Source: a bacterium (lineage in GTDB: Bacteria; Hinthialibacterota; Hinthialibacteria; Hinthialibacterales; Hinthialibacteraceae). Taken from it: DNA of 64,000 bases. Each line of letters opens with the position of its first letter. Position 1 is the first letter of the stretch. The notes below the pieces were generated by a model that made no database searches, was not told the origin of the DNA, and saw nothing but the letters and a program-made list of their open reading frames with translations. Position numbers and translations under genes: made by a program. This document shows positions 37,272 through 47,831 of this stretch, in pieces. The DNA is taken from contig CAXXMV010000002.1 of the NCBI GenBank assembly GCA_963662285.2, positions 1,440,001 through 1,504,000 of the forward strand. Reading direction: 5' to 3'.

Positions 37272-38011
37272 CAATGTCATTAAATTAACCGTGTTGTCCC
37301 CTCTCCCGCCGGGAGAGTATGGGTGCCAAGGGCAAGAGCGCATTGCGCTCAGCCCTTGATCAAACCACCTACGATAGGTAGAAATTCCTTAACTTAATGA
37401 AATTGTCATCATAGAATAGGGAACATCATAGAATGGGGAGCATCGGCTTCTAGCCGGTGTGTCAAATAGAATAGAATGAGCACCATGACGCATAATCATT
37501 TCCATGAAGATAGGGGGATGATGGGTGCCAAGGGCAAGAGCGCAATGCGCTCAGCCCTTGATCAAACCACCTACGATAGGTAGAAATTCCTTAACTTAAT
37601 GAAATTGTCATCATAGAATGGGGAGCATCATAGAATGGGGAGCATCGGCTTCTAGCCGGTGTGTCAAATAGAATAGAATGAGCACCATGACGCATAATCA
37701 TTTCCATGAAGATAGGGGGATGATGGGTGCCAAGGGCAAGAGCGCAATGCGCTCAGCCCTTGATCAAACCACCTACGATAGGTAGAAATTCCTTAACTTA
37801 ATGAAATTGTCATCATAGAATGGGGAGCATCATAGAATGGGGAGCATCGGCTTCTAGCCGGTGTGTCAAATAGAATAGAATGAGCACCATGACGCATAAT
37901 CATTTCCATGAAGATAGGGGGATGATGGGTGCCAAGGGCAAGAGCGCATTGCGCTCAGCCCTTGATCAAACCACCTACGATAGGTTGAATTTCCTTAACT
38001 TAATGACATTG
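37272..38011. mobile_element. Non-autonomous IS4-like MITE with internal 202-bp tandem repeats
   Basis: Ends CAATGTCATTAAATTAA / TTAACTTAATGACATTG (16/17 inverted match); flanks CCTCGTCCCC (37262-37271) and CCTCGTCTCC (38012-38021); internal units at 37321, 37523, 37725, 37927. Confidence 0.75.
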
Positions 38012-38141
38012 CCTCGTCTCCTCTCCGCCGGGAGAGGGCTAGCGTGAGGTGAATTACAGAAAACCACCTGACAAAAGAAACTGGTCGTACTACCCAGTAT
38101 AATTTACTTAGCCAGAGCGTGATATAATACGATTTGGTTCT

Positions 38142-38894
38142 ATGCAGGCTATTGCTTTGCATAACAGTCGATATCTGGTTACGCTATATCTATCTGTTTT
38201 GAAAGAGGATATGAGGATGGGAAGAACAAAATATCAGCTGGTAATTGTTATTTTATCAACGTTGATTATATTTTCAGGCTGCCAAACAGCCCAATTCATG
38301 GCGCAACCCGCCAACGGCGTTACCGTCATGCCTGATGGACGAATGGCCTCGCTCAGTTTAGAAGGTCTGGCTATCAGTGTTTATAATACCAAAACTCCCT
38401 ACGGTTTGGGAGATGATATCACTACTTTTCATACAACGCTTATCAATCAAACCGATCAGCCAATCGAGTTTATTCCCAGACAATATCTTCTCTTTGATCA
38501 GAACAACCGGCAGCATCTTGCCTTAACCAAACCCGATCTATCCGAAGCGGCGGGCATGAGAGCAAGACCACATGGTTCAATGGCATGGGGATTCGGCGGC
38601 GGCGCCTTCCACAGCCGGTCTTTCTATCACGTTCACTACTATGCAAATCCCTATTGGAATTATGATCCCTGGCGTTATAGAAGCGCATACCAGGGTTTGC
38701 TGGCCAACGCGCTGCCTATTCATCCAATCACTATTTATCCACATGCAATGATTGATGGCAATATATATTTCGCAGTATCTCCAAAATCATTACGTAATGT
38801 TCGCCTTAACATCGTGCGCTTCTCCAGTCGCCCCAGTCGGGATACGACTACACGAACTATTCCGTATTCGATTGAGTTTGAAATAATAAAATAG
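38142..38894 (+). CDS. Hypothetical lipoprotein
   Basis: Lipobox IFSGC after likely start MRMGRTKYQ (~38211, GAGG RBS); Tyr/His/Gly-rich insert. Confidence 0.8.
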   Translation: MQAIALHNSRYLVTLYLSVLKEDMRMGRTKYQLVIVILSTLIIFSGCQTAQFMAQPANGVTVMPDGRMASLSLEGLAISVYNTKTPYGLGDDITTFHTTLINQTDQPIEFIPRQYLLFDQNNRQHLALTKPDLSEAAGMRARPHGSMAWGFGGGAFHSRSFYHVHYYANPYWNYDPWRYRSAYQGLLANALPIHPITIYPHAMIDGNIYFAVSPKSLRNVRLNIVRFSSRPSRDTTTRTIPYSIEFEIIK

Positions 38895-38962
38895 AGTGAT
38901 TAATTTTTTAATATAAGAATTGGAAAAATTATAAGGCTATGTAGATAATTAGGAGAACCATC

Positions 38963-39940
38963 ATGAAGCGGGTAATCGTTCTAATACTAATCACAGCCGG
39001 TTTTGTCCTATCATTAATCCCGAATACGGCTGACGCAAGAACTCACTATAGATATAACTCAAGATATAATTCGAGAATTTATTCCAATTATTATCATAGA
39101 AATTCTCCGGTATTCGGTATGCGCTCGCCATACGTTCGTACGCGTCGTCCTCTGAATGTTCCAGTAACAACTCCACGTTACTCATATAGACCAACAAGAC
39201 AAATCATCTATATGGGACCACAACCAATGCCATTTTATAATCCCTGGGATGTAATGGTTCAACCAGTTTATCAATCTGCTTATCAACCAATCTATACCAG
39301 TATGATCTCTCCTTATCCCCAATCGAGTATTCGCCTGATCCAACCAATGCCGCCGACTATAATCGAACGCGAAAGAATCATCGTCGACCAGCAACCCGCA
39401 ACCAGGTCTGTGGCGCCAGCTTCTTCCATCACGGATGATAATGCTTATACGCCATCCATCTCCACCGATAACGCAACGGATATTTCCGAACAATTGGCAA
39501 TTGCTCAACAACTATTCAGAGAACGAAAATACAAGGAAGCCGCACAAGCATTCCACAACGTTTCCGGTCTAAAGCCCGGTGACGCCGAGGTTAAAATGGG
39601 ACAATCTCTCTCATTATTGGCAGTGGGAGATTACCAGGGCAGCGGCGCCTCATTACGTCAGGCGCTTTCACTCAATCCTGTATGGTTCGAAAAGCCGATT
39701 GACCCCACCGAATATTATGGAGAGAACAAAGATATCCAAGCTCATCTCATCACAATCAATAGATTTGTTGATAAAAATCCCAATCACGTGGAAGCGAAAC
39801 TGACGCTGGCCTATGTCTGTTATATATGTGGAAACTTAAATGATGCAGCGGAACATCTGGCTGACATACTGGATATGAACCCTGGCGATATAGAAACGAT
39901 GTCTCTTCTAGGAAATCTTGCCGCCAAACAATCAAAGTGA
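38963..39940 (+). CDS. Secreted TPR protein with Tyr/Arg/Pro-rich low-complexity N-terminal half
   Basis: Signal peptide ending ADA-; TPRs AQQLFRERKYKEAAQAF, LLAVGDYQGSG, LAYVCYICGNLNDAA; AGGAG RBS. Confidence 0.85.
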   Translation: MKRVIVLILITAGFVLSLIPNTADARTHYRYNSRYNSRIYSNYYHRNSPVFGMRSPYVRTRRPLNVPVTTPRYSYRPTRQIIYMGPQPMPFYNPWDVMVQPVYQSAYQPIYTSMISPYPQSSIRLIQPMPPTIIERERIIVDQQPATRSVAPASSITDDNAYTPSISTDNATDISEQLAIAQQLFRERKYKEAAQAFHNVSGLKPGDAEVKMGQSLSLLAVGDYQGSGASLRQALSLNPVWFEKPIDPTEYYGENKDIQAHLITINRFVDKNPNHVEAKLTLAYVCYICGNLNDAAEHLADILDMNPGDIETMSLLGNLAAKQSK

Positions 39941-40099
39941 AACAACAAAACTGTCTAGTACCGTCCAACGCATAATGTCGTGCAACCAAGTTCCTCCGCG
40001 AGATGGCTAAGGGCGTAATGTTTTTAGGGAACAGGGATTTTGGAGATATAACCAGTTATATCGTTTTGGCTGAGTAATACCAAATACTGTGGTCTAACA

Positions 40100-40258
40100 T
40101 TCCTCTCCCAATCTTGGGAGAGGTTAGGAGAGGGTTGATAACGACCACCCATGTAAAGAAATATCCAACGACTGGGTGGCAAGGGCAAGACCGCATTGCG
40201 GTCAGCCCTTGATCAAACCACCTATGATAGGGTGCAATTCCTTAACTTAATGACATTG
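40100..40258. repeat. Repeat cluster: CCTCTCCC/GGGAGAGG hairpin, REP-like CAAGGGC hairpin and IS4-like right end
   Basis: CCTCTCCCAATCTTGGGAGAGG; CAAGGGCAAGACCGCATTGCGGTCAGCCCTTG; CCTTAACTTAATGACATTG. Confidence 0.8.
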
Positions 40259-40320
40259 GACTAGGGCGAGGAGGCAATTAAAAACACAAAACGGCTAAAC
40301 AAGTGAGACGCACTTCACAC

Positions 40321-41286
40321 CTATTCTTTTGAATCAAGGGAAGGATCAAAACATGTAACGCAATTACGTCCATTCTCTTTTGATTGATACAAAGCCAGAT
40401 CTGCTTCCGCGATCATCTCCTCATATTTATTCATATCTTGACGAAAGAAGGATACTCCGGTGCTAAGCGTCATTCGAATTTTCTGATCTTCATACTTAAA
40501 AATATATTCAGAAACAGTTTGCCTGATTCTCTCTGCTACTGCGACAGCGCCTTGCTGGTCAGTGTGAGGAAGAATGACGGCAAATTCTTCTCCTCCATAT
40601 CTTCCAGCAATATCAATCTCTCTGATTTCTCTCATAATGATTCTAGCCGTGAGACGTAACATTTCATCACCGGCCATGTGTCCGTAAGTATCGTTGACCT
40701 TCTTAAAAAAATCTAAATCTAACAGAAAATATGAAAGGTCTTCTTTATATCGTTTGGCTCGTTTCCATTCTTCAATCAAACATCTTTCAAAATGTCCTCT
40801 ATTAAAAATACCCGTCAGACCATCAATTCGGCTTAGTGATTTTAGCGAAGACATTGCTTCGATCAATTTACTTTCATAAATAAAATGATCCGTCATATCA
40901 GATACAGTGATGCAAACTTTCTCCACTTTTCCAGTTTGATTTTTAATCGGTTGAAATACGCAATCCTGCCGCATATGATCGATATGTCCCGTTAATGGTC
41001 GGTTATGACGAAAATTGAAAACATAAGGCCTCTGTTTCCAGGAAGAAAAACTATTGTTCTCGAAAAGGAAGACGCCTTCGATCTTCTTCTTCATCCATGC
41101 GACTGGCAATTCGGGAAAACAATCAAATAGATTCTTGCCTAAAACTTCAGATGCTTTTCGCCCGCTATATATCTCCATGAAAACATTCCACAGGATAATA
41201 TTCATTTCAGAATCAATAACCAAAACTCCGACATTGATTCGTTCAACAATGCTATTGAGCAAAGAGAGTTTATCTTTAGGCATCAT
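40321..41286 (-). CDS. PAS-GGDEF diguanylate cyclase
   Basis: DGLTGIFNR, DLDFFKKVNDTYGH, REID I-site, RYGGEEF. Confidence 0.95.
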   Translation of the reverse strand: MMPKDKLSLLNSIVERINVGVLVIDSEMNIILWNVFMEIYSGRKASEVLGKNLFDCFPELPVAWMKKKIEGVFLFENNSFSSWKQRPYVFNFRHNRPLTGHIDHMRQDCVFQPIKNQTGKVEKVCITVSDMTDHFIYESKLIEAMSSLKSLSRIDGLTGIFNRGHFERCLIEEWKRAKRYKEDLSYFLLDLDFFKKVNDTYGHMAGDEMLRLTARIIMREIREIDIAGRYGGEEFAVILPHTDQQGAVAVAERIRQTVSEYIFKYEDQKIRMTLSTGVSFFRQDMNKYEEMIAEADLALYQSKENGRNCVTCFDPSLDSKE

Positions 41287-41296
41287 ATAATAAGAT

Positions 41297-41899
41297 TCAC
41301 CCGAGCAAACGATCTATAGATTTCTTAATTAATTCTATAGATTGAGAAGGGACAAAGTATAGAAGATAGAAGGATGAAGTACGATCTTCAAATCGAAAAA
41401 TGATTCTTACCAGCAACGCGTAATCCCACGCGAAATTAAATCCGTCAAAAACTTCTTCAATCAATGTATCTTTACACAAAATATCGGGAGGAGAGAAACT
41501 TATCTCTGTTTCCAATTGATGCGCCACGCCTTTAAGACATGCACCCGCCAGGATATTACTTACATCCAATATAATATCATCGTTCACATCTACTGTTGAG
41601 CAATCATTTCCTAAAAGGGTTGCCAAATCACCATCATTGCTATGAAACACGGATAGACTTTCACCTTGAATATGATTGAAAAACGATTGACGAACTACAC
41701 TGACTCTTGATTCATGCCCTATCAATCCGTTTAATAAACCAACCAGCTGATCAGATTTGATTATTATTATTTCCGGAACGGATAATTCAACAAACAAATC
41801 GAAATAGCGGGCCAGAGAATCGCCAGCTTGTCCTATGGCAATATTGAAAACTTCTTGCAAGGCGTCCTTTTGATCAGCAGAGAAATAATTATTGTTCAT
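41297..41899 (-). CDS. CheC-like phosphatase family protein
   Basis: DALQEVFNIAIGQAG and second half-site LDVSNILAGACL, FSPP. Confidence 0.85.
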   Translation of the reverse strand: MNNNYFSADQKDALQEVFNIAIGQAGDSLARYFDLFVELSVPEIIIIKSDQLVGLLNGLIGHESRVSVVRQSFFNHIQGESLSVFHSNDGDLATLLGNDCSTVDVNDDIILDVSNILAGACLKGVAHQLETEISFSPPDILCKDTLIEEVFDGFNFAWDYALLVRIIFRFEDRTSSFYLLYFVPSQSIELIKKSIDRLLG

Positions 41900-42261
41900 T
41901 GCGCAATCCTATCTTTGATAACCGATTTAATCTTATCCGCATTAATCGGCTTTCCTACGAATAAATTTGCGCCTAGTTCTATTACTCTTTCTCTAGCTTT
42001 GGGTTGTATATCCGCTGAAACAATTACTATATATGTTGAGAAGCCATCTTCTTTTAAGGCCTTCAGGAGTTGAAAACCATCCATCTCCGGCATAGTTAAA
42101 TCTAAAAACATTATGTCTACTTGATTATTACGAATAAATTCCAAAGCTTCTTTACCATTGCACGCTTCTGAAATAGCAAACTCAATATCGTCTGGTAAAG
42201 CATCCTTTAAAAATTTTCGCGCCAATCTGGAATCGTCTACAATCAAAATAGAAAATGACAT
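41896..42261 (-). CDS. Single-domain CheY-like response regulator
   Basis: IVDDS, FLDLTMPEMDG, SADIQ, GKP; ATGA overlap with CheC-like gene. Confidence 0.93.
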   Translation of the reverse strand: MSFSILIVDDSRLARKFLKDALPDDIEFAISEACNGKEALEFIRNNQVDIMFLDLTMPEMDGFQLLKALKEDGFSTYIVIVSADIQPKARERVIELGANLFVGKPINADKIKSVIKDRIAQ

Positions 42262-42485
42262 TTATACACCATGATTTTAATCACTTCATAAAGATATGAT
42301 TCATAACATGAACTGCTTGAATACTACCTTAAAAATCTTTAGAGTTTATTGTTATGTTCAGTCAACAAAGTATTGAATTGAAATTATAGTTTTATTCTAT
42401 CTTCTAAAAAGTAAAATATAACCCTAAAATAAATATTAATAAATACAAACATATACTTTATTAAATCAGGCTATTATCCTACATT

Positions 42486-44036
42486 TCATTTAGCAACCCA
42501 TGCGGGAATCTCGTTCAACTTCACATCCATTAAAAAATTCGTTAATAAATATGTTATCAGTGTAATCAACACTATAGCAATTAAATTCATATAAAAACCG
42601 GTTCGAGCCATTTGTTGTATAGATACTTTCCCCGATCCAAACACAACCGCATTCGGCGGAGTAGCGGCTGGCAGCATAAATGCCATCGATATTCCTATAC
42701 AGGTTGGCATCATCAATAGCAACGGATTTTGCCCCAACGCCATAGCAATGGCCCCCATAATAGGCATGAAAATTGTCGCAGTGGCGGTATTCGAGGTTAA
42801 TTCGGTTAAAAAAACCACTAACGTCACAGACAACAATACAATTAACACTGGTGGATAATCCGCCAGAAATTTCATCTGATTAGCGATCCATTCCGAAAGC
42901 CCCGATTCAGAAAAACCTCCCGCTAAACAGACTCCCCCACCGATTATCAATAATACATCCCAGGGTATCTTCAATGCTGATTTCATATCAAGCACAAATT
43001 CTCTTTTCCTGATATCAACCGGCAAGATGAACAAGGCTAAAGCGCAGCACATTGCAATCGTGGCGTCTGTATCGAGTTGAGGAAAAACATCAACAAGCCC
43101 CGGTAAGTAAAAATCTCCAATTTGAATTGGTTTGCGGAAAGTCCATCCCAATGCAGTGCAGCAAAAAACTGCTCCCACCAACCATTCTCCGTATGACAGT
43201 GAACCTAAATTCTTTCGTTCATCCTTTATCAGATTTTTCTTACCTAGGCCGATATTGTCGGGAAGTTTGAACTGAAAGCGCACCAGATACAACCATGCCA
43301 GTGGCAATAATACTACAACAATTGGCAAACCAATTTTAAGCCACTCAAAAAAACCAATCTCCCTGCCGTATAATTCACCGATCTGCGTTGCAAATACCGC
43401 ATTGGGCGGCGTTCCTACTAATGTCCCCACTCCTCCGATAGATGCTGCATAGGCTATGCTGAGCATCAGCGCAGGCGCAATCCGTTTACTGGCTTCTTCT
43501 CCAGCCGCATCTTGAATATTTGCCAATACTGCCATCGCTACAGGCAGCATCATCAGTGATGTTGCGGTATTTGATATCCACATGGATAAAAAGGCGGTTG
43601 CCAACATGAAACCAAAGATAATTCTTGACGGCGTTAGCCCCGACCAGTCAATCACCGCCAAACCGATGCGCTTATGCAGGTTCCAACGCTCCATCGCCGC
43701 TGCCAGCATGAAGCCGCCCATCAATAGAAAGTTTAAAGGATGCGCAAATCGCTGCACCGCCGCTTTGCCGCCCATAATGCCTAATAAGGGAAACATGACA
43801 AACGGGATCAAGGCGGTTGCGCCAACTGGAATAACTCCACTGATCCACCAAACCGACATCCAGGCCGCCACTCCCGCCACACGTTGCGCTTCCACCGTCA
43901 TTGATTCCGGCGCCGGGATTATCAATAATATGATGAATAACAGAGGCCCTCCCAGAAAAGGTAGGAAAAATAACATATTGGAATTATTCGCTTGGTCCTT
44001 TTTGTTCATATCACCCTCGCCAGGATCAATTATCAT
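42486..44036 (-). CDS. DASS/SLC13 Na+:dicarboxylate or sulfate symporter
   Basis: SMWISNTATSLMM, GTLVGTPPN, TELTSNTAT, AFMLPAATPPNA. Confidence 0.93.
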   Translation of the reverse strand: MIIDPGEGDMNKKDQANNSNMLFFLPFLGGPLLFIILLIIPAPESMTVEAQRVAGVAAWMSVWWISGVIPVGATALIPFVMFPLLGIMGGKAAVQRFAHPLNFLLMGGFMLAAAMERWNLHKRIGLAVIDWSGLTPSRIIFGFMLATAFLSMWISNTATSLMMLPVAMAVLANIQDAAGEEASKRIAPALMLSIAYAASIGGVGTLVGTPPNAVFATQIGELYGREIGFFEWLKIGLPIVVVLLPLAWLYLVRFQFKLPDNIGLGKKNLIKDERKNLGSLSYGEWLVGAVFCCTALGWTFRKPIQIGDFYLPGLVDVFPQLDTDATIAMCCALALFILPVDIRKREFVLDMKSALKIPWDVLLIIGGGVCLAGGFSESGLSEWIANQMKFLADYPPVLIVLLSVTLVVFLTELTSNTATATIFMPIMGAIAMALGQNPLLLMMPTCIGISMAFMLPAATPPNAVVFGSGKVSIQQMARTGFYMNLIAIVLITLITYLLTNFLMDVKLNEIPAWVAK

Positions 44037-44208
44037 AATGAAGTCTGTTGATAATATAGTCCAAAGACATTAGAATTAAAATAACATGTATAAAGAACTT
44101 TGAGAACCAATATCCTATATCAGGCAAATAATGGCCTCAATGGAAAGTACTGTAAAAGTCGTATAATTTTATACATTTAAGCGTATATCTTTCAGTTTCA
44201 GGAGAAAA

Positions 44209-45243
44209 TTGTTAATGAAGCATCAAAGGTTTCTATATATATTTGTTCTTGTTCTATGTTCGACCGCATCATATTCCGACAAGGTGATCTTAAACGATGG
44301 CAGTATTATCATAGGTGACATCCTTAGCTTGACCGATGGCAAAGTAAAAATCAAAACCTCCTTCGCTGGAGATATCCAGTTCCCCATGTCCGAGGTTATC
44401 ACCATGGAGACGGATGAATCAAAGCCGGTTCATCTCAGCGATGGAAGCATAATTCAGGGAACCATTGAAGTCAAAGGAACGAACCAAATGGAAGTGGTTC
44501 GCAAAAAAGGCGAAACCGGATTCAAGATTGATCCCTCAGAAATCAAAGCCATTAATCCGCCTCCCCCGCCTCCACCGCCGCCGTCGAAAGTTAAATGGGA
44601 AGGCAGCGTTGTCGGCAACCTGGCAATTTCCAATGGCAATAGTGATACTAAAGCAATTGGTATATCGTCCGACATGAACCGCCGCACTACTGAAGATCGC
44701 ATCAATCTGCGCACCGGGTATTATTATTCAGAAAATAACGGAATCGGCAGCCGCGACGATCAGTTTGTTTTTGGCAAATACGATTACTTTTTTAACAAGA
44801 AATTGTTCGCTTATCTGACCTCACGCCTGGATCGTGACGTAATCCGCGATTTAGACATGCGGACAACCGCCGGCGCTGGCGCCGGTTATCAATTCATTGA
44901 AGATGAAATGTACAATCTTTTCGGCGAATTGGGTCTTTCCTATGTTTATGAAGATTATGGCAATGATGGGGATGACGATAGTTACATCGCCGAACGAACC
45001 GCTTTGCATTTTGATTGGTGGATACTAAAAGACCGCCTACAGTTTGTTGAAAACATCGAACTATTTCTCGGCATCGAAGATTTAGATGATTGGTTCGCCA
45101 TTTCCGAAAGCAGCTTAGTCTATAAATGGACCAAGCAATGGTCGGTCAACGCCTCACTCCGGTTGGAGTACGACAACACGCCGGCCAATAGCTACAAAAG
45201 CACCGACGCCAAATATACCCTAGGCGTAGGATACTCGTTCTAA
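44209..45243 (+). CDS. DUF481/YdiY-like outer-membrane beta-barrel with N-terminal beta domain and poly-Pro linker
   Basis: Signal peptide, two L.DGS.I.G repeats, eight consecutive Pro, GNS..K barrel start, C-terminal GVGYSF. Confidence 0.85.
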   Translation: MLMKHQRFLYIFVLVLCSTASYSDKVILNDGSIIIGDILSLTDGKVKIKTSFAGDIQFPMSEVITMETDESKPVHLSDGSIIQGTIEVKGTNQMEVVRKKGETGFKIDPSEIKAINPPPPPPPPPSKVKWEGSVVGNLAISNGNSDTKAIGISSDMNRRTTEDRINLRTGYYYSENNGIGSRDDQFVFGKYDYFFNKKLFAYLTSRLDRDVIRDLDMRTTAGAGAGYQFIEDEMYNLFGELGLSYVYEDYGNDGDDDSYIAERTALHFDWWILKDRLQFVENIELFLGIEDLDDWFAISESSLVYKWTKQWSVNASLRLEYDNTPANSYKSTDAKYTLGVGYSF

Positions 45244-46324
45244 CCATCTTCCCAACTAAAAATAAATTCCCGCGTATATTAAAAATGTAGGGCGCGCCCC
45301 TCGTGGGCGCCCTGTTTGACGCAATACCTCAGATCCTTAAATGGACAATTTAATCAAGTTAACCGAGTTGTCCCCTCTCCCGCCGGGCTGATCTTTACCC
45401 ACAAGTTTTGACAGAATTAATTGCTATGAATAGATCAATACGGGTGCGGGTGCCAAGGGCAAGACCGCAATGCGGTCAGCCCTTGATCAAGCCACTAATG
45501 ATAAGGTGAGATTACTTAGGGCTTGCTGAAAAACGTTTTCAACGACCGAAGATTATAATCTTCGGTAGTGACTCAGGGCGGGTGCCAAGGGCAGTGTCCT
45601 TTCTGCCCTTGACGGCAACTATAGAGAAACTGAATAATTTCTATAATTATTTATCTTCTTTTATATAATTATTGACATATGGTTCCAACTACCACAACTT
45701 TAAATCTAATCATAATTCTCTTTATTCAGTGAAACCGTGATTAAATTATCGAAATATAAGGGGTAAACTCAATCAAGGGCAGAAAATACACTGCCCTTGG
45801 CGCCCGTGCAATACCTCTGATTCTTAAATGGACAATTTAATCAAGTTAACCGAGTTGTCCCCTCTCCCGCCGGGAGAGGGTTAGGGTGAGGGGGACATTC
45901 AAATAACTTAAGTAATAACATTACTGGGCGCCAAGGGACTGGGCGCCAAGGGCAAGACCGCAATGCGGTCAGCCCTTGATCAAACCACCCATTGTAGGGC
46001 GAAAATTACTTAACTTAATGACATTGCTGGGTGCCAAGGGCAGTGTCCTTTCTGCCCTTGACGGCAACTATAGAGAAACTGAATAATTTCTATAATTATT
46101 TATCTTTTTTTATATAATTATTGACATATGGTTCCAACTACCACAACTTTAAAGCTAATCATAATTCTCTTTATTCAGTGAAACCGTGATTAAATTATCG
46201 AAATATAAGGGGTAAACTCAATCAAGGGCAGAAAATACACTGCCCTTGGCGCCCGTGCAATACCTCTGATTCTTAAATGGACAATTTAATCAAGTTAACC
46301 GAGTTGTCCCCTCTCCCGCCGGGA

Positions 46325-47831
46325 TGTAAAGGCCTGGGACATGGGTAACAGGTGTTCGGGGACATAGGTAACACATTCCCTGAGTGTATTCTAGCCTTGA
46401 AAGGAGGCGAAGAATATGCCCTGGAACGAGGTGGACCTTATGTCTCTGAGAAAAGAATTCGTATTGTTGAGCCAGCAAGAAGAAAGCAACATCAGCCAAT
46501 TATGTAAACGGTTTGATATCAGCCGTAAGACGGGTTACAAATGGATCAAACGGTACAAAGAAGGAGGAGTCGAAAATCTCCAAGACCGTTCCAAAAAACC
46601 CAATACTTGCCCTCATCAAACAGATAAGTCTATCGAGCAAGCCATTACAGAAAATCGCGAAAAAGGATGGGGAGGACGCAAAATTCGCTCTCGTCTGATT
46701 CAATTGGGATACGAAAATGTTCCTAGCGCCAGCACTATTACTGCCGTGTTACGCCGACTGGGATTGCTGGATGAAAAGGAAAGTCACAAGCACAAAGCCT
46801 ATAAGCGTTTTGAAAAAGATACGCCCAACGAATTGTGGCAAATGGATTTCAAAGGAGATTTTCCCACGCTCAAAGCACGCTGTTATCCGCTCAGCATTCT
46901 GGATGATTGCACGCGCTTTGTTCCCGGATTATTTTCGTGCGCCAATCAGCAAAGGGAAACCGTGCAAGACTCCCTGGAAAGCGTGTTCAGGATGTATGGT
47001 ATGCCTCGGGCGATGTTGATGGATAACGGAAGTCCGTGGGGAGGATGCAAAACCTGCGAATACACCAGATTGACAATATGGCTGATACGATTGGGTATTC
47101 GCGTGTATCACGGTCGCCCCTACCATCCGCAAACCCAAGGCAAGGTCGAGCGATTTCACCGGACCTTTAAGCAAGAATTGCTGATAAGGGAATCGTTTGT
47201 GGATTTGGAATATTGCCAAAGGCGGTTTGATGAGTGGCGTTATGAATACAATTTTGAGCGTCCTCACGAAGCCCTGGATATGGATGTCCCGGCTAACCAT
47301 TATACGTCCAGTCCTTTTGTTTATCCGGGAAGTTTGCCGGATATCGAGTACGCGCCGGGCAGCATTATCAGGAAGGTGCAACAAGGAGGTCGGGTGGCGT
47401 ACCGTGGTGAAGATTACCGGGTGAGCCGCGCCCTGGTAGGATGCCCGGTTGCCTTGAAACCCGCTATGACCGATGGGATGATGGACGTATATTTTTGCCG
47501 ACAAAAAATCAAGACGCTCGATCTGCGTTTGAATGAAATCAAAGAAGATAACTTGGCAATCCAGAAAAAGGCGTCACAATAGAAATTGGTTGGGCGAAAC
47601 GGAAGCGGGCGCTGCAGGAGTGCAACCCGCCAGGGATAGCCGATCCGAGGTGCGAGGGATAATGCAGGAGGTGAAATATTCACCTCCTCCCTCTAAGCCA
47701 ACCAATTATCCTGAGCATCTCTAGATGCCTAAAAAAAAACTCAAACAATAACCTGGGATAAATCCCGGTTTTGATAAAAAACTGTAACCCATGTCCCCGA
47801 ACATGTGTTACCCATCTACCCGGTCTGTACA
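46325..47831 (+). mobile_element. IS481-family insertion sequence, 1507 bp, 5-bp TSD CGGGA
   Basis: TGT...ACA ends with repeated GGGACATRGGTAACA binding sites; CGGGA at 46320-46324 and 47832-47836. Confidence 0.95.
46416..47582 (+). CDS. IS481-family DDE transposase
   Basis: HTH ISRKTGYKWIKRY, WQMDFKG, DDCTR, MDNGSPW, PQTQGKVERFHRT; GGAGG RBS. Confidence 0.97.
   Translation: MPWNEVDLMSLRKEFVLLSQQEESNISQLCKRFDISRKTGYKWIKRYKEGGVENLQDRSKKPNTCPHQTDKSIEQAITENREKGWGGRKIRSRLIQLGYENVPSASTITAVLRRLGLLDEKESHKHKAYKRFEKDTPNELWQMDFKGDFPTLKARCYPLSILDDCTRFVPGLFSCANQQRETVQDSLESVFRMYGMPRAMLMDNGSPWGGCKTCEYTRLTIWLIRLGIRVYHGRPYHPQTQGKVERFHRTFKQELLIRESFVDLEYCQRRFDEWRYEYNFERPHEALDMDVPANHYTSSPFVYPGSLPDIEYAPGSIIRKVQQGGRVAYRGEDYRVSRALVGCPVALKPAMTDGMMDVYFCRQKIKTLDLRLNEIKEDNLAIQKKASQ

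Noticed and set aside
37321-38011. CRISPR-like array
   Set aside because: Sequences between hairpins are near-identical rather than unique spacers, the period is 202 bp, and no cas genes are present
39990-40270. Complete IS4-like MITE at 40016-40258
   Set aside because: Right end is clear, but the left end and target duplication are too degenerate to support
46929-47724. Antisense and downstream ORFs inside IS481 (191, 89, 63 aa) conserved in both copies
   Set aside because: Conservation only reflects near-identity of the two IS copies; no protein motifs
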